A stretch of 64,000 bases of DNA, taken from NCBI GenBank assembly GCA_028534125.1, contig CM052817.1:11534001-11598000 (forward strand). The letters run 5' to 3'. Shown here piece after piece: positions 1 to 13,199 of this stretch. Each line of letters begins with the position of its first letter. Position 1 is the stretch's first letter. The translations under genes were made by a program, and so were the position numbers. The DNA comes from Lama glama. Lineage: Eukaryota. Under the pieces are notes generated by a model. That model was not told the DNA's origin, ran no database searches, and was given only the letters and a program-made list of their open reading frames with translations.

Positions 1-523
1 TGGCCACAACATTTTCATCAACTGATCAATATATAACTTTGCTTTTACATGTGTTTCTGTTTAAATACACCCTATTTAATATATATAGTTGACCCATTAA
101 CATTGAACTCACGGCCAGCAGCACTGTAACTCATAGCTGAACCAAGCTTATCTAACACACATTTTTCCCATAAGGTACACCACAGCCTTCTTGTGCTCAG
201 GAACACTAGACACCACTACAACACTATGCTTGGGGACTACTTTAAACAGCAAAATTACCTCCCCCATCCAAAAAAGGGGCACAAAAATGAGAAATATGTG
301 GCACTAAATAGATCAGAAAATACTGACACTTGTTTATAGAATGAGAGCTGAAATAAGAAGGCAGGGCGTCTCCTTGTTTGACTTCAGTGGGAATATGCAC
401 ATAGGACGACTCAGTTTTTCCAATCTGTGCCTGCCTGCAAATGATCATGAAAGTGCTATGAGTACCGATTAGTGAGGAGTGAAATTTACAAATACACAGC
501 CCATGAATAATGAGAATGGACTG
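1..523 (+). mobile_element. MER82-like TcMar-Tigger non-autonomous DNA transposon (5' part outside window)
   Basis: Closely follows recalled MER82 consensus (aacattgaactcacggcc...gcttatctaacacac...ggaacactagac...gagagctgaaa...atgaataatgagaatggactg terminus). Confidence 0.8.
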
Positions 524-624
524 TTTCTTTATTACCGTGGTACCACTGGTAACTGTAACGTTGCCTGGGATGCAGTAGGAGCTCAATATGTATTTGTTGA
601 ATAACTGGAAAAGTGTCCCATAAC

Positions 625-1234
625 TTTTTTTTGGTATACATATATTTAATTGAAGTATAGTCATTTTATAATATTGTGTCAGTTTCTGGTGTACAGCATA
701 ATGCTTCAGTCATACATGAACATACATATATTCATTTTCATCATAAGTTACTGCAAGACACTTAATATACAATTCCCAGTGCTATACAGTATGAACTTGT
801 TGTTTATCTATTTTATGTATCACTTTATTATTTTTTATGGCTGAGTAGTATTCCATCATATAAATATACCACAACTTTTTTTATCTAGTTATCTGTTGAT
901 GGACATTTAGGTTGTTTCCATGTCTTGGCTATTGTAAATAGTGCTGCTATGAACATTGGAGTGCATGTATCTTTTTGAAATAAGATTCCCTCTGGATATA
1001 TACTCAGGAATGGGATTGCTGGATCATAGGGTAAGTCTATTTTTAGTCTTTTGAGGAATTTCCATACTGTTTTCCATAACAGCCACACCAAACTACATTC
1101 CCACCAACAATGTGGGAGGGTTCCCTTTTCTTCATACCTTCTCCAGCATTTATCATTTGTGGATTTTTTCATGATGGCTATTCTAACTGCAACATGGATG
1201 TACCTGAAGATTGTCATTCTAAGTAAAGTAAGCC
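625..1234 (-). mobile_element. 5'-truncated young L1 (ORF2 C-terminus + 3'UTR), internally deleted, with a short inverted piece
   Basis: ORF 885-1217 encodes an L1 ORF2 C-terminal segment (HCWWEC...LPYDPAIP...CTPMFIAALFTIAKTWKQPKCPS); T-tract at 625; probable TSD cccataacttt (617-627) / cccttaacttt (1233-1243). Confidence 0.9.
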
Positions 1235-1249
1235 CTTAACTTTAAAATG

Positions 1250-4200
1250 AATCCCAGTTGTATTGTCTTACTCCATTTTATATTCTCGAGAAGTTTGTGG
1301 TATACTAATTTTAGAAAGGTGAACATTTTAGAATAGTGTTTGAATAAGCTAATAATCTTTTCCCCTTGGAACTTAGAAAATATTGCTCCTTTATCTCTGG
1401 CATCTAAAGTTGATAAAAATTCTGATGCCAATCTAAATCTCAGTCCTTTGTAGTGTATATGTTAATTCCTCCCCTTGTGCCCCTTTTGGAAAGCTTTTAG
1501 GATTTTTTTTATTTCCTTGGAAAAATGAAAATTCATATGTATTTGGACTCTGAATTGGAACATTTATATATTTCTTCAGTTCTGGGAAAATTTCATCTTT
1601 CATTTCATTGGTTATATCTTCTCTTCTATTCTCTCTGCTATTACTTACAGAAATCCTATTAAATGAGCTCTAAACTTCTGAATCTAGTTGACATATTTCT
1701 TGAAGTTTCTTTTATACATTTAAAGCATTGTCTTTTCTTGCTGTGTTCTGGGAGCATAAACTGGCTTAAATTTTTAACTCACATATTTATCTTCAGCTGT
1801 GTCCATTATGCCCTTCAGTCCATGTGTTGAGTTTCTAAAGTACTTATATATTCATTTTGAGTTAATTTTTTATATATGGTATGAAGGGTAGGGTATAAAC
1901 TCATTATTTTGCATATGGATATCAAGTTGTTCAAGCTCATTTTAAAAAGGATTATTCTTTCTGATTGTCTTGGCACCCTTGTTAAAAATCAATTGACCAT
2001 AAAAGCAAGGGTTTCTTTCTGGAATTTTATTCCATTGATCTATATGTCTATTCTTATTTCAGTATCAGACTGTCTTGATTATTGTAGCTTTGTATTAAGC
2101 TTTTTAAATCAGCAAGGTCTCCAACTTTGTTCTTTTTCAAGATTGGTTTGGCTTTTCTGAGTCCCTTGCATTTCCCTTGAATTTAGTATCAACTAGTCAA
2201 TTTCTGCAAAAATGGCCGCTGGGATTTTGATAGGAGTTGTATTAAATCTGTAGAACAGTGTAAGGAATACTGCAGTGTTGCTGATATCAAGCCTTCCAGA
2301 TCCATGAACATGACACGTCTTCTCAGGAAATTTGTTTAGATCTTCTTTAATTGCTTTCTATAATGCTTTGTAGTTTTCAGCATATAAGTTTTATACTCCT
2401 TCTGTTAAATTTATTCCTAAGTGTTTTGGTTGTTTGAATGCTGTTGTAAAGGGATTATTTTCTTATTTCATTTTTGGATTGTTCATTGTTCTTATGTAGA
2501 AATATAAGTGATTTTTATATACTAGTCTTGTATCCTGGCAACCTTGTTTATTAGTTTTAGTAGTTTGTATGCGTGCATTTGTATTCCTTAGAACTCTGTG
2601 TGTGTAAGATCATGTCATCCATGAACAGAGATAATTTCACTTCCTTTTTTTCCAACTTGGATACTTTATTTTTCTTGCTTAATGTCCCTGGCTAGAACCT
2701 CCAATACAATGTTGACTGTAAGGGGTGAAAGTAGACATTTTAATTCTCATCTTAGGGAGAAAGACATTCAGTCTTTCGTCATTAAGTATTATGTTAACTC
2801 TAGCTTTTTTTTTTTACTGTAGAATTCCTTTATCAGTTTGAGGAAGTTTCTCTCTATTTCTAGTTTGTTGAGTGTTTTATCACGAGTGGGTATCAGATTT
2901 TGTCAAATCTTTTCCCATATCTGTTGAGATGATGTGACTGACTCTCATTAAAAACCTTGGACTTCAAGGCTTGAGTGTGTCTTCCCGACTGACAGGACTC
3001 AGCACCTGTTGTCACAGTCATCCCAGGGAGAGCCATATGATTAACGGGAAGGCAAATGGCAGCCTCTGCCTGTCTCTGGAACTCTGTCCTTCATGCTTTT
3101 TTCCATTCCTTATTTTAATTGGTATCCTTTCTCTGTAATAAAATATAATCATGATTACAACTTTCCTGAGTTCTGTGAGTCTCTCTAGTAAATAATGAAC
3201 CTGAAGGTGGTTTTGAAGACCCTTAACACAAGCGGATTTAAAATCCTTGTCTATTAAATCTCATGTTCGAACTTTCTCAGAAGCAGTTTCTATTAACTGT
3301 TCTCCCCGACCCTCAACCGTGTATAGCCATACTTTCCTTTCCTTTCAAGCGTCATTTTTTTATTAAAAATGGAACATTTTAAATAATACAACGTGGCTAT
3401 TCTGGAAACCCGATTTCCCCCACTTCCTCATGGCTGCTTGTTGTTGTTTATGTTTGTTACCATTACAGTTTGTTTGCTTCGTGATTTGCTCAACAGTTCC
3501 GTAAAGTCAGTGTTTTCTGTCACGTGTGGCGTGGTCACACATAGTGGTCAGTCTCTGGTCAGTTGGCTTAGAGGTCAGCTAATAATTCCACAGGATTTCC
3601 ATGAATGCTTTGAGCCAATAATTCTCCCAGCCTTTGCCGAAATGTTCTGTGTGCATGTTTGGCACAGTTTTCACGTTCTGCTAGTTACAGCCCTGCCTTA
3701 CCCTTCACTTCCTGCCTGAGGAGAGCCTCAAGTTCAGTCACAGGTCAGAGACAAGAGCCTCCTCAGGTCTTTCCTGAACATGCACTTTGCGCTCTAGGTT
3801 CCCAGGAATATGTTGGAGATTTCTCAAAGCCTTCTATGGACATCTAATTACATTAAAAAAAATTTTTTTTAAGTCATCCTCTTGTTTGCCTCGGCTGTTC
3901 ATCCTGACTCAGGCAACTGTAATGTTAAATCACTGTCACTGATATTTTTCAATAAATGCCCCGTGGAAAAGGCTGTTCATGTTGATTGAGCTCTGAGTCA
4001 GGTCAAATAAAGATGAGTGCAATGAGTGGGAATTTTCAGGTGTTTTAAAATTATACTTGAGCTTTAACCCCTAGAGATATGACTGAGGGGTAACAGGAGA
4101 AGGCCAAGGTCATTGAAAGGGGACATACCACACCATGCAGGGTCATAGGATAAATACCAGATTTAATTAGGCAGAAGCAGGAATGAGGGGAAGGCTTAGT

Positions 4201-4900
4201 TCAGAGCACTTCTTGGGGTTTCTGTGGGAAAGCCAATGCAGAGCAGAAAAAACAGTTCAAGATTGGTCAGTTTGAATAATTCTGACGGGCTTTGGCCTGT
4301 AAGGGTGGTCTCCAGTTCCCTGATACTTGACCCTACAATGATGTAGGGAAGGGGAAATATCGGCTTGGTGTGTGAGTCAGATAAGAAAGTGGCTGGGGGC
4401 ACAAATTTGGATCTGCTTATGAAAGGCGAGTTTCGGGCAAGTTGACTTATAGGAGACAGGTAAACATGTGGCTGATAGCTTGGTCCCGTGATTGATGAAT
4501 GTCAAATAGACATGCAGAATCTCAGAACACACAGTTAGAATACCGCACAGGCGAATCTCGATTGCTCTCTTGTAATGGAGGTTTTGGGAGGACTCCAGGC
4601 ATGTTCTGTCCCTTCCATTGACTGCTGTTTTTTCATAAGTCTTATGGTTGTGTAGCTGTTAGTTTTCAAGGCTACTATGGAGCTGGGGAGAGGGGATGGA
4701 AATAGGATGTGAAAAAACACCACAAAACTCACTGTTCTTAATCAGTCATTTTTCCTTAATAAACACTCCTTGGATTATTTCAAGCTTTTTATTAATGTCC
4801 AGAGTTCTGACCATGTTGATTTAGATAATATTTGCCAGTGTGCTCATAGTTTTTATGGAGGAGCAGATTTTCAGGGATCCTAATTCTGTTTTCCCAGAAC
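1250..4900 (-). mobile_element. Old degenerate L1 fragments (L1M-type ORF2, ORF1 and 5' region), interrupted by LTRs
   Basis: Antisense L1 ORF2 phrases (ttgattattgtagctttgta; gggattttgataggagttgtattaaatctgtag; ttgaggaagtttctctctatttctagtttgttgagtgtttt). Confidence 0.75.
2935..3230 (+). mobile_element. ERVL LTR fragment (MER21/MER77-like)
   Basis: 3' LTR signature: aataaa...ctgagttctgtgagtctctctagtaaataatgaacctgaaggtggttttgaagaccc. Confidence 0.6.
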
Positions 4901-5959
4901 TATTTTCCCTTCTCTTCTGTTTTTTTGAGTTTGTTAGTGGTGTTTTAGAAACTCCTGCCTGTCCACCATTGTGTTGGAGAAAGCCTCTTTGGTTCACTGT
5001 GAATGACACCTTTGGTTACAAACTTTGGTGGTTATGGGTGAAAAGCAAGATGTGTACACAGGTAGAGTATATTGGACTTATGATATGGGGGCTTTCATGA
5101 AACGAGCTATCTGGAGCACTGCCCTAACTGCATCACAAGTATGTCCATAAGTCAAAGCAATGAATCTTCTGTTCATCAATCAGTGTGGAGGGACAACTTG
5201 CTCTGATCGTAGCTCCCCAGCTAACCACCCAGATGAGAGCTCATGGCTTTCTCCTGCTCTTTGTACTACTTGCATCTGACCTGGGACACCCATAGGACTT
5301 CCACAGCATTCTTCTCCTGAGTATATTTTGTGTTATGATGCCCTCTCTTCATCTGATCCCTTTGCTTTTTCTCTTTTAGTGACTCCTCCAAATTTCTGGT
5401 CCACTGATCATATATTTACTTCTGGCCCACTGATAACAAAATCATTTTTTCATCCTTTGCTCTTTCTCCTCCCTTTTCATCTTTCTCTTCTTCTTCATCC
5501 CCACCTTCTCCTCTTCCTTTTCCTTTCTTCTTCCTGAATATTTCTTCTGTTGTTTCTAGAGATTTGGAGCAGATAGAAGGGGAAGTTGGCCTGGTCCACT
5601 ATCTTAATTCAAATATGAGCACTATGTATAATACTGACATGTAAGAAAGAACTAAAATGAAGAATGATTAAACTGCAGTAGATCAATGTAATGGTACATC
5701 AGCCAACCATTAAATATGTACATTCAAAGAATGTTTAAGTCCATGCAAAGTATATGTGATACATTAAGTGTAAAAAAGCAAGACTTAAGACTGTATTTCT
5801 AGGATGATCACAAAATGAACAAAAGAAAGCATTACCAAATTCCTAGGAAAAAAAAACTCGATGGAATATGCCAAAATATTTACCAAACATTAGTCATGAA
5901 ATTTAAAAATGTGTGTCTTATCGTTTGAAAGTTAATGGCTAGTGAGTAAGCCAGTGCCT

Positions 5960-6425
5960 GCAACTTCTTACAAGCTATGATCCCTAGGTAATCTGTCGCT
6001 CCATTTCAGACTATTTTTTTCTTTGCTCACTCAGCTATATAGCCAAACGAGCCTCTTTTTTGTTCTTCGAACACATCAAACTTACCCAGGCCCTTTCTCT
6101 TTACTGTTTCCTACGCATGGAACATGATTTACCCAGGTATACTCAGGGCTTAATCCCTTACTTCATTCAGGCTTCAGATCTGATTTCTCCTTGTCAGACT
6201 GTCTTATTAAAAACTAGCATTCCTGTCTTCACAATCGCTCTCTGTTCCCCTGCACTGCTTTTTCTTTATAAATCATTACTATCATAATATGCTCGTTCAT
6301 TTCTTTCTCCACTACAGTATGAATGCCATGAAAGCAGGGACTCTCTCTTGTTCACTTCTCTATCTTCAGGGCCTAGAGCAGGCCTTGGCCCATAGTAGGT
6401 ATTTAGCAAATGTTTGTGAGACAAA
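5960..6425 (+). mobile_element. L2 3' fragment
   Basis: L2 terminus cctagagcaggccttggcccatagtaggtatttagcaaatgtttg. Confidence 0.75.
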
Positions 6426-6720
6426 TAAGATTATGAATTCATGTGTGATATAAAAGAGGCAATCTGTTATTTTCAGTCTATCATTTTACTTGACAAATTA
6501 TATCTGGACCCTAACTTCTTGCTGAAGTTTGAGGCATTAATATGGAATATGTAAACAATAATACCTTAACATGTAGATTTTTATTTTTATTTTATTTTAT
6601 TTATTTTTTTTAAATTAGTATCTTTTATTCACAATCTGAAAAAATGTGTATTAAACTTTTATGTATTCTCTCCAAGAATGTAGTTTATTTAAAATAGCTA
6701 CGTTCTTAACACAACATTTT

Positions 6721-7220
6721 NNNNNNNNNNNNNNNNNNNNNNNNNNNNNNNNNNNNNNNNNNNNNNNNNNNNNNNNNNNNNNNNNNNNNNNNNNNNNNNN
6801 NNNNNNNNNNNNNNNNNNNNNNNNNNNNNNNNNNNNNNNNNNNNNNNNNNNNNNNNNNNNNNNNNNNNNNNNNNNNNNNNNNNNNNNNNNNNNNNNNNNN
6901 NNNNNNNNNNNNNNNNNNNNNNNNNNNNNNNNNNNNNNNNNNNNNNNNNNNNNNNNNNNNNNNNNNNNNNNNNNNNNNNNNNNNNNNNNNNNNNNNNNNN
7001 NNNNNNNNNNNNNNNNNNNNNNNNNNNNNNNNNNNNNNNNNNNNNNNNNNNNNNNNNNNNNNNNNNNNNNNNNNNNNNNNNNNNNNNNNNNNNNNNNNNN
7101 NNNNNNNNNNNNNNNNNNNNNNNNNNNNNNNNNNNNNNNNNNNNNNNNNNNNNNNNNNNNNNNNNNNNNNNNNNNNNNNNNNNNNNNNNNNNNNNNNNNN
7201 NNNNNNNNNNNNNNNNNNNN
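6721..7220. other. Assembly gap (500 N)
   Basis: Run of exactly 500 n. Confidence 1.
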
Positions 7221-7281
7221 AATTTATTTTGGAAAGGAATGGATTTTGAGGATTTTGAGGAGAAAAAACATGAGGAATAAC

Positions 7282-7418
7282 GGGGAGGGTATAGCTCAGT
7301 GGTAGAGCACATGCTTAGCATGGATGACGTCCTGGGTTCAATCCCCAGTACCATCACTTAAAAAACATACATCAATAAATAAACTTAATTACTGCCTCCG
7401 GAAAAAAATAAAACAAAA
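7282..7418 (+). mobile_element. tRNA-derived SINE of camelid type
   Basis: ggggagggtatagctcagtggtagagc (A box)...gggttcaatcccc (B box), then an A-rich tail; head resembles the recalled camel/alpaca SINE. Confidence 0.85.
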
Positions 7419-7839
7419 TGAGGGGTAGAAAAAAAAACACCAATAAAACCAAATGTAAGCTGCTTTGCTAATTGTTTTACAGCTATTAGTCAGAGAATGC
7501 CCTGTTTAAAGCAGCACAATAAAAGTTCAAAGATGGAGATGTTCCTTCAGGCGTGGCTGAAGATCTCAGTCTCTGGTATTTGGAATTTAGGCTGAAGTCC
7601 TTGATTCTGGATAGGTCACTGGGTGTGTGGCACACTCCTTGCTTCTAACCAGATCTGCACAGAAGAATGGCCACTTGGTTCGGGGAGAAGAAAGTCAAGG
7701 GTTTGGTTTCAGGTGTCAGCTTACTATAGAAGTTTCTCCTGTGATGCAGTGCCAAGTGGGGTTGTACTTCTTGTTAAACTCCTTCTTAACATGGGCCGCA
7801 ATGTTCTCAGTGTTTATATTCCTCCAACAACTGAGTAGC

Positions 7840-8358
7840 ACACTCTACCGAGCTCTCCCACATCTCCTCTGACAAATCTGCATTTCGGTTGCATGCGATT
7901 TCCTTGGAGCAGGGGCTGGCCCACTCTGCAGGGTTCCTCCTCCAAGCTTCTGAGTTTCAATAATTCTAGCCTCTTCTCTTTGCTCCTTAGCCCTCAGGTT
8001 GTTAGCTGTTTCCTGCAGTTGCTCCCTCTGTGCTGGAGCCAGCCTATACTGGCTTGCCAGATCTTTTGTCAAATTTTCAGGAATTTTGCAAGTCAGTTGT
8101 CAAACTGCTGGTAGCTGGAAATCTGCCACTGTGGGAGTATTTACACCACGGAAACTGGCAAATGCCATAAATCAGATTTCCCCAACCAGAGAGCTGGTTG
8201 TAAACACTTAGCAGCCCACCTCTAAGTAGAATTCTCCTTTTACTCCTTCGGTTCCTACTTAACAATTTTTATCTAATTAAGAATACTTCACATTCATTTC
8301 TCTCTGTTCATTTAACTAGTGTGGTTTCTGTATCTTGAATGGACCCTGAGTAATACAT
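7840..8358 (+). mobile_element. ERVL-class LTR remnant interrupted by MER63
   Basis: LTR-type 3' end taactagtgtggtttctgtatcttgaatggaccctgagtaataca. Confidence 0.5.
8028..8220. mobile_element. MER63-like hAT-Blackjack element
   Basis: gtgctggagccagc...ggtagctggaaatctgccactgtgggagtatttacaccacggaaactggcaaatg...gagagctggttgtaaaca. Confidence 0.75.
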
Positions 8359-8754
8359 AGCCTCTATCAACCGTAGTTGTAGGTAAACTTTCCTAGTTGT
8401 ACCAGGAAAACTGGTGTGTGTCGTTTTGTTTTGTTTTGACAAACATCTTCTGTAAAAAAGTGCCTAACAGTTAGAATTTTATAAATATTCAATTAACATG
8501 AGCTGTGTTATTAACATTAGTTAACATCAGTAACATAAGTTGATTCTGGTTCAGAGTCTCCAGTAGTCATGTGGAAACCTATTTTGCCTGTTTTAGGATA
8601 TAGTTTGCAATTCTTTTCTCTGTATAGAAGGGAATGAGATATAGCCAATAACCATACTTTTGCTGAGCAAAGGGGGTATCATGTTTCTAGGAAAAAAACA
8701 AATAAATCAACTCCTGCTTTAAATATGTTAGCGTACTCTGGGTCAAGGAATTAT

Positions 8755-8820
8755 ATGTGTGTGTGTGTATGTGTGTGTGTGTGTGTTTGTGTGTATATAT
8801 ATATACATATATGTATATAT
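8755..8820. repeat. Compound (GT)n/(AT)n microsatellite
   Basis: Directly visible. Confidence 0.95.
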
Positions 8821-8858
8821 GAAACAACATTTCCTATTCTGGCACTGGTATAGATTGA

Positions 8859-9067
8859 TCAGATTTCTAAAAAGCAAGGTATACTTGGCATCGCTGATTC
8901 CTTAAGATATATGCTCTGCCTTTTGATAACTGTGTACTTTCCGTTAAGGTTTTCAAGCACCATTTTAACTGCATAATTTTGCTTATTAGACTTGGAGAAA
9001 CCTTCCCTTGGCTCTCCAAAGCTTTGATCTTGCTCAACATGTCTATGAAACTCCGCAAAGTTATATT
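8859..9067 (-). CDS. Candidate exon H of putative minus-strand secreted-protein gene (K)YNFAEFHRHVEQDQ...PCFLEI*
   Basis: Strong acceptor catctcttttcag|; 69 open codons in phase 1, matching upstream candidates; unique sequence; no homology evidence. Confidence 0.3.
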
Positions 9068-9789
9068 CTGAAAAGAGATGCCAACATTCGAACATAATCA
9101 TCAAAATAACTTGTAAGAAAAAGCTAAACTTTTCACACAAATCCTATATTTAAAGATGACTTCCTTCCAATAACATTCATTAAGCGACCATCTGTTTGCC
9201 TTTGATTATCATCTGGACCACTAATAAGCGAGTTTAATCTGAGCAGTGTTATTTGCACGCTACTTCTAAATTTAGTGCCTTTTAAAGAAGTCAGCAAGGC
9301 TGGCCTCCAGGAAATATTGCCTTTGATGTAACATCTGGTTTTTAGGGAATTTCTGTGTAGTGCCCAACCAGGGGAGTGGACCTAAGGGCAAAGAGAAATC
9401 AAGTGACATGCCCAGAGTCATGTAATTAGTTAATAGCTTAACCTGGATCACCTGCAGTTTCTATCTGTGGCTAAAAGTCCTAGCCTACTTGTTTCTATTC
9501 TGTATATTGTATAGATTCTGTGTATGTAGACATAGCCAGTCCCTACCCTCCCCCCATTCAAAAATAGGTAAATGTGTGGATCTGTAAGACTAATTATAAT
9601 CTTTCATTTTGGTGTTTACTATGTTTTGAGAAGAAAGAAAATTTCCTTCATTATCCTCCCCTTCATTAAAAAAAAAAGATTTGAAGTAACAGTGAATTGT
9701 TTTTTATTGATGGCAGAAACTTCTCTAGAAGTGAAATGATCTTTTTCCTTGCAAGGGAAATGGAAGGTTAAATTGTATGGACAACTTAC

Positions 9790-9804
9790 TTTTTTCGAGG
9801 GCAA
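9790..9804 (-). CDS. Candidate 15-nt micro-exon G (IALEK)
   Basis: gctgcctttcag|TTGCCCTCGAAAAAA|gtaagt; frame-preserving. Confidence 0.2.
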
Positions 9805-10869
9805 CTGAAAGGCAGCATCAACAGGCATCATTAATGTTCAACCTTTTTCCCTTCTCAGTTGTCTTCTCCATTTTCCCCTCCTTCCTCGTTCCCTGGGCTG
9901 GAGATCATAGAACTGTCAGCACCTAAAATGCATAATTATAAAGAAAGTTCAAGGTTACGATGCTTTATTATATGAGCAATTCTTTTTGTTACTTTACTGG
10001 GTCAATACAATCAATATGTAATTTTAATATCCTTATCTAATTATAACATGATACATTCAATCTAATTAGTGCTTTTAGCTTTAAAGGTAGTTTCACATTT
10101 ATGGTTTATTTTAATCTCAGATTTTTATTATAAAATAATTTGCATTTATGTATGCTTAGAATTTTTTCCATCACCAAAAGGACCACTCCAATTTTTGTAC
10201 AGTCAAGCATAACTTAATATCTTATAAATTAAAAAATTAAAAATTTAATCTGACAAATTGGAGTTTGAGTATCAGCTCTGCTGGCTATGTGACCTTGGAC
10301 AAATCACTAGATCTTTCTAACCTTCAGTGTCCCATCTATCTCATAACACTGAGAGAGTGAAATGAGATTATATACAAAGCTGTTAGCACAATGCTCTGAT
10401 ACACACTGAAAGGTCAGGAAATCGTCCTCAATTTTCTTTCTTCTTCTTTTTTTTTCCTTTTAATAAACTACATTAGTGTCCTGTGCTTGTTCTTGCCTGA
10501 CTCTTAGAGATTTTATGAAAATCACAGTCACACAGTAGAGGAAGAGGGATCCTGGGAAACTTAGAAAGCTTGACTAAAAGATTGAATGAAATGGTGTGCT
10601 AGAGACTTAGCTAAACAAGATCCATTCCCTTCACTCTGGGTGCTGCCACCCCGGTTCCCTTTAAGTGAATTCCTTTTGCTCTTTTCTGTGCAGTCTTGTA
10701 GTACTGTCAAAAAAGTGATATGCCTTCCCTTAGCCAAGGGCTGAGACCTAAACAATTCCAGTTGTGCACCTCTTTTTTCAGGACTTTGAATTCTGGTGAA
10801 ATAACACAAAGGCAGGAAAGTTGTTAGAGTCACTTGGAGCCCTGAAGTGACTGTCCATCTCAGAGGTCA

Positions 10870-11140
10870 TAGTACCCTGAGTGGCTAAAGCAGAGACTCG
10901 AGAGCCAGATAGCCTGGGTTCAAAGCCCTTTCTAGGTAAGTGACCATAGCTAGGGTCTTAACCTCTTTATGCCACATTTCCTTATCTCGATGATGGAGTC
11001 ATTATAGTTCCTAATTCACAGGGTTGTAATAAGAACTAAATGAGTTAGAATATCTAAAGGTTTTAGGATGTGGCTGGTATGTATTAAATACAGTAAACAT
11101 GATAACTGCAGCTTCTAATACTGGTACTACTATTACTGTG
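10870..11140 (+). mobile_element. MIR SINE (another MIR at about 10255-10410)
   Basis: gagccagatagcctgggttcaaa...ttaacctctttatgccacatttccttatct...taaatgagttagaata. Confidence 0.75.
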
Positions 11141-11769
11141 TTCTTGCCTTGAGACATTCAGACCCACCATATTTCTTGTGCTTCCCTAATCCTGGTTCTC
11201 CATCCCCCCCTTTGATTCTGAGAGAGCTACCCAACACCTCTTTTATAAACATCTTTACTGCCTAAAGTAGCCAGAATTGGTTTCTGTTGCATGCAACCAT
11301 ATGATTTTAGCAATTAAGATGGCCCTGAAAAGCTATGACATCCCATCCTCTCTTTTTACAGATTCTTAATATAGAATAGAAAATTAAGTGAGATTCCTTG
11401 GGTGAGATTACTTAGCGTGTCAGTGGCAGTATTTGGATTAGTGTCTGACAATCCTGACAACCACTCATGGACTTTCTCTACTGGACCAAGGTTATGCTTA
11501 ATTTGTCCTTACTCTTCTTTCTTTATAACGACTCCACCCCAGCTCCTTATTTGTTACTAAAACTTGCCTAATATTTTTACATTTTATTTTTGCATTCAGT
11601 CATCATCTCTGTCATTTAATTGTTTTTTACCCTCCACTTGACAAGCCAGAACACAAATAACTTGGGTTTCACTGCTATTTAGGGATTCAGTTAGGACTCA
11701 AAAGACACTTGATCCTTGCCCCATACTCCTCTTCACTAGTCATACTCCTGTCTTTTTATTTTGAAAAAT

Positions 11770-12800
11770 CTTATTTGTTGATTCATTAATTGGTTGCTTC
11801 ATTCATTCGTATATTCATTTAATCAATAGATACTTACAGAGCATCAGTCATGTGCTCTGGACTGTTCTGGATGCTGAGGACATGGCAGTGAACAAGGCAT
11901 TGTCCTTTCCTGCAAGGAGCTTATATTCCCATGGATACATATATATAATTTTAATAGTATGTTACACAGCGACAAAAACGGTCAAGGGCAAAGGGATAGA
12001 GAGGGAAAGTTCTTGTTTCACAGAGGGTACTAAGGATTTCAACCAAGACCTGAATAAAATGAGGATGGGAGTCCTGTGAATATTTGTGGGAGGAACATTC
12101 ACTGAGATGGGCATATGCTTGGAATAGTTGATGAATAACAAAGAGACCATAGTGTCTGGAGGACAGTAAACAAGAAGAGTAGTAAGATCTGAGGGCAGGT
12201 CATGTAGGACAGGTCATGTAGGGCTTTGAATTCATAGTAAGAACTCTGGATATTTTTTTTAAGTGTGATGGGAACAGTGATATCTTGGAACGCATTTGCA
12301 CTACTCATGAGATCAGACTGTTAGCATCTCTTCCCAACCTTGTGTTTGGTGGCTTCACACAGGCTATTAAGCATTGACCAGGATACCACTAGACGGAAGC
12401 TCTTGGGTGGTTATGAGGAGGAGAGTGGCACAATCCCATTTATCTTTTTGAAGGATCACTGTGACTTCTCCATGGAGAATAGTTTGTAGGATGCCAAGGG
12501 TGGAAGCAAGGAGCCAGTTAGGAATCTCTTGCTATAGTCCTGGGAGTGTTGATACTGGCTCAGACTTTGAGATTAGTGGTAGGTTATGCAGCAGAGTGTA
12601 GGATAGATTTTGGAGACAGAGTGACAGTATATGCTGAAGAATTAAAATGAAGGGTGTGAGTGAAAGACAGGAGTCAAGAATGACCCCGCATTTGGGTTCT
12701 GAGCAACTGGCTTAATGGAGGTGTTGCTTACTGAACTGGGGAAGACCGGGGAAGGGGCAGATGGAGGTAGGGGCTTATATTCAAAAGTTGTATTTTGGAT
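11770..12800 (-). mobile_element. L2 fragment
   Basis: ttcattcattc...gatacttacagagcatc...ggatgctgaggacatggcagtgaacaag...gagtcaagaatgacccc...gagcaactgg. Confidence 0.8.
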
Positions 12801-13199
12801 CTTCGTTTCCAGAGAAGAAAAACCTGAGGAACGAAGAATAACTACTGGGAAGAGCAAGCACTGTTCAAAGGCCATACAAAGAGGAGGTTGAAGCTAGGGG
12901 CTTGTCACTTGTCCAGCTTATTGTTGGGAATGAAGAGCTGTAACTGAAACCCTTGAGGGCAGGTATTAGCCTATTAGACAAAGAGTCATTCTTAGTATAA
13001 ATAGTTTTCTTTCTAGCATGAAAAATATACTTCTTGCATAAAGACCTCAAACAAACATATATACAGAAAATAACATTTAATTAATTACTACCTTTCTAAG
13101 CCTCAGCCAGATTCTCTAAATGCCTAAAGAAATGGCTGATTATAGAGTTTCTCCTGAAAAACTCAGCGTGACTCTTTTAGGCCACACTATCACCATGGT

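Noticed and set aside
242..664. 140-aa minus-strand ORF
   Set aside because: Runs across MER82, L2 and L1 fragments; chance ORF
7282..7352. tRNA-like sequence
   Set aside because: SINE head with an A-rich tail; not called as a tRNA gene
6661..7357. The two longest ORFs in the track (214 and 219 aa)
   Set aside because: Artefacts of reading through the 500-N gap
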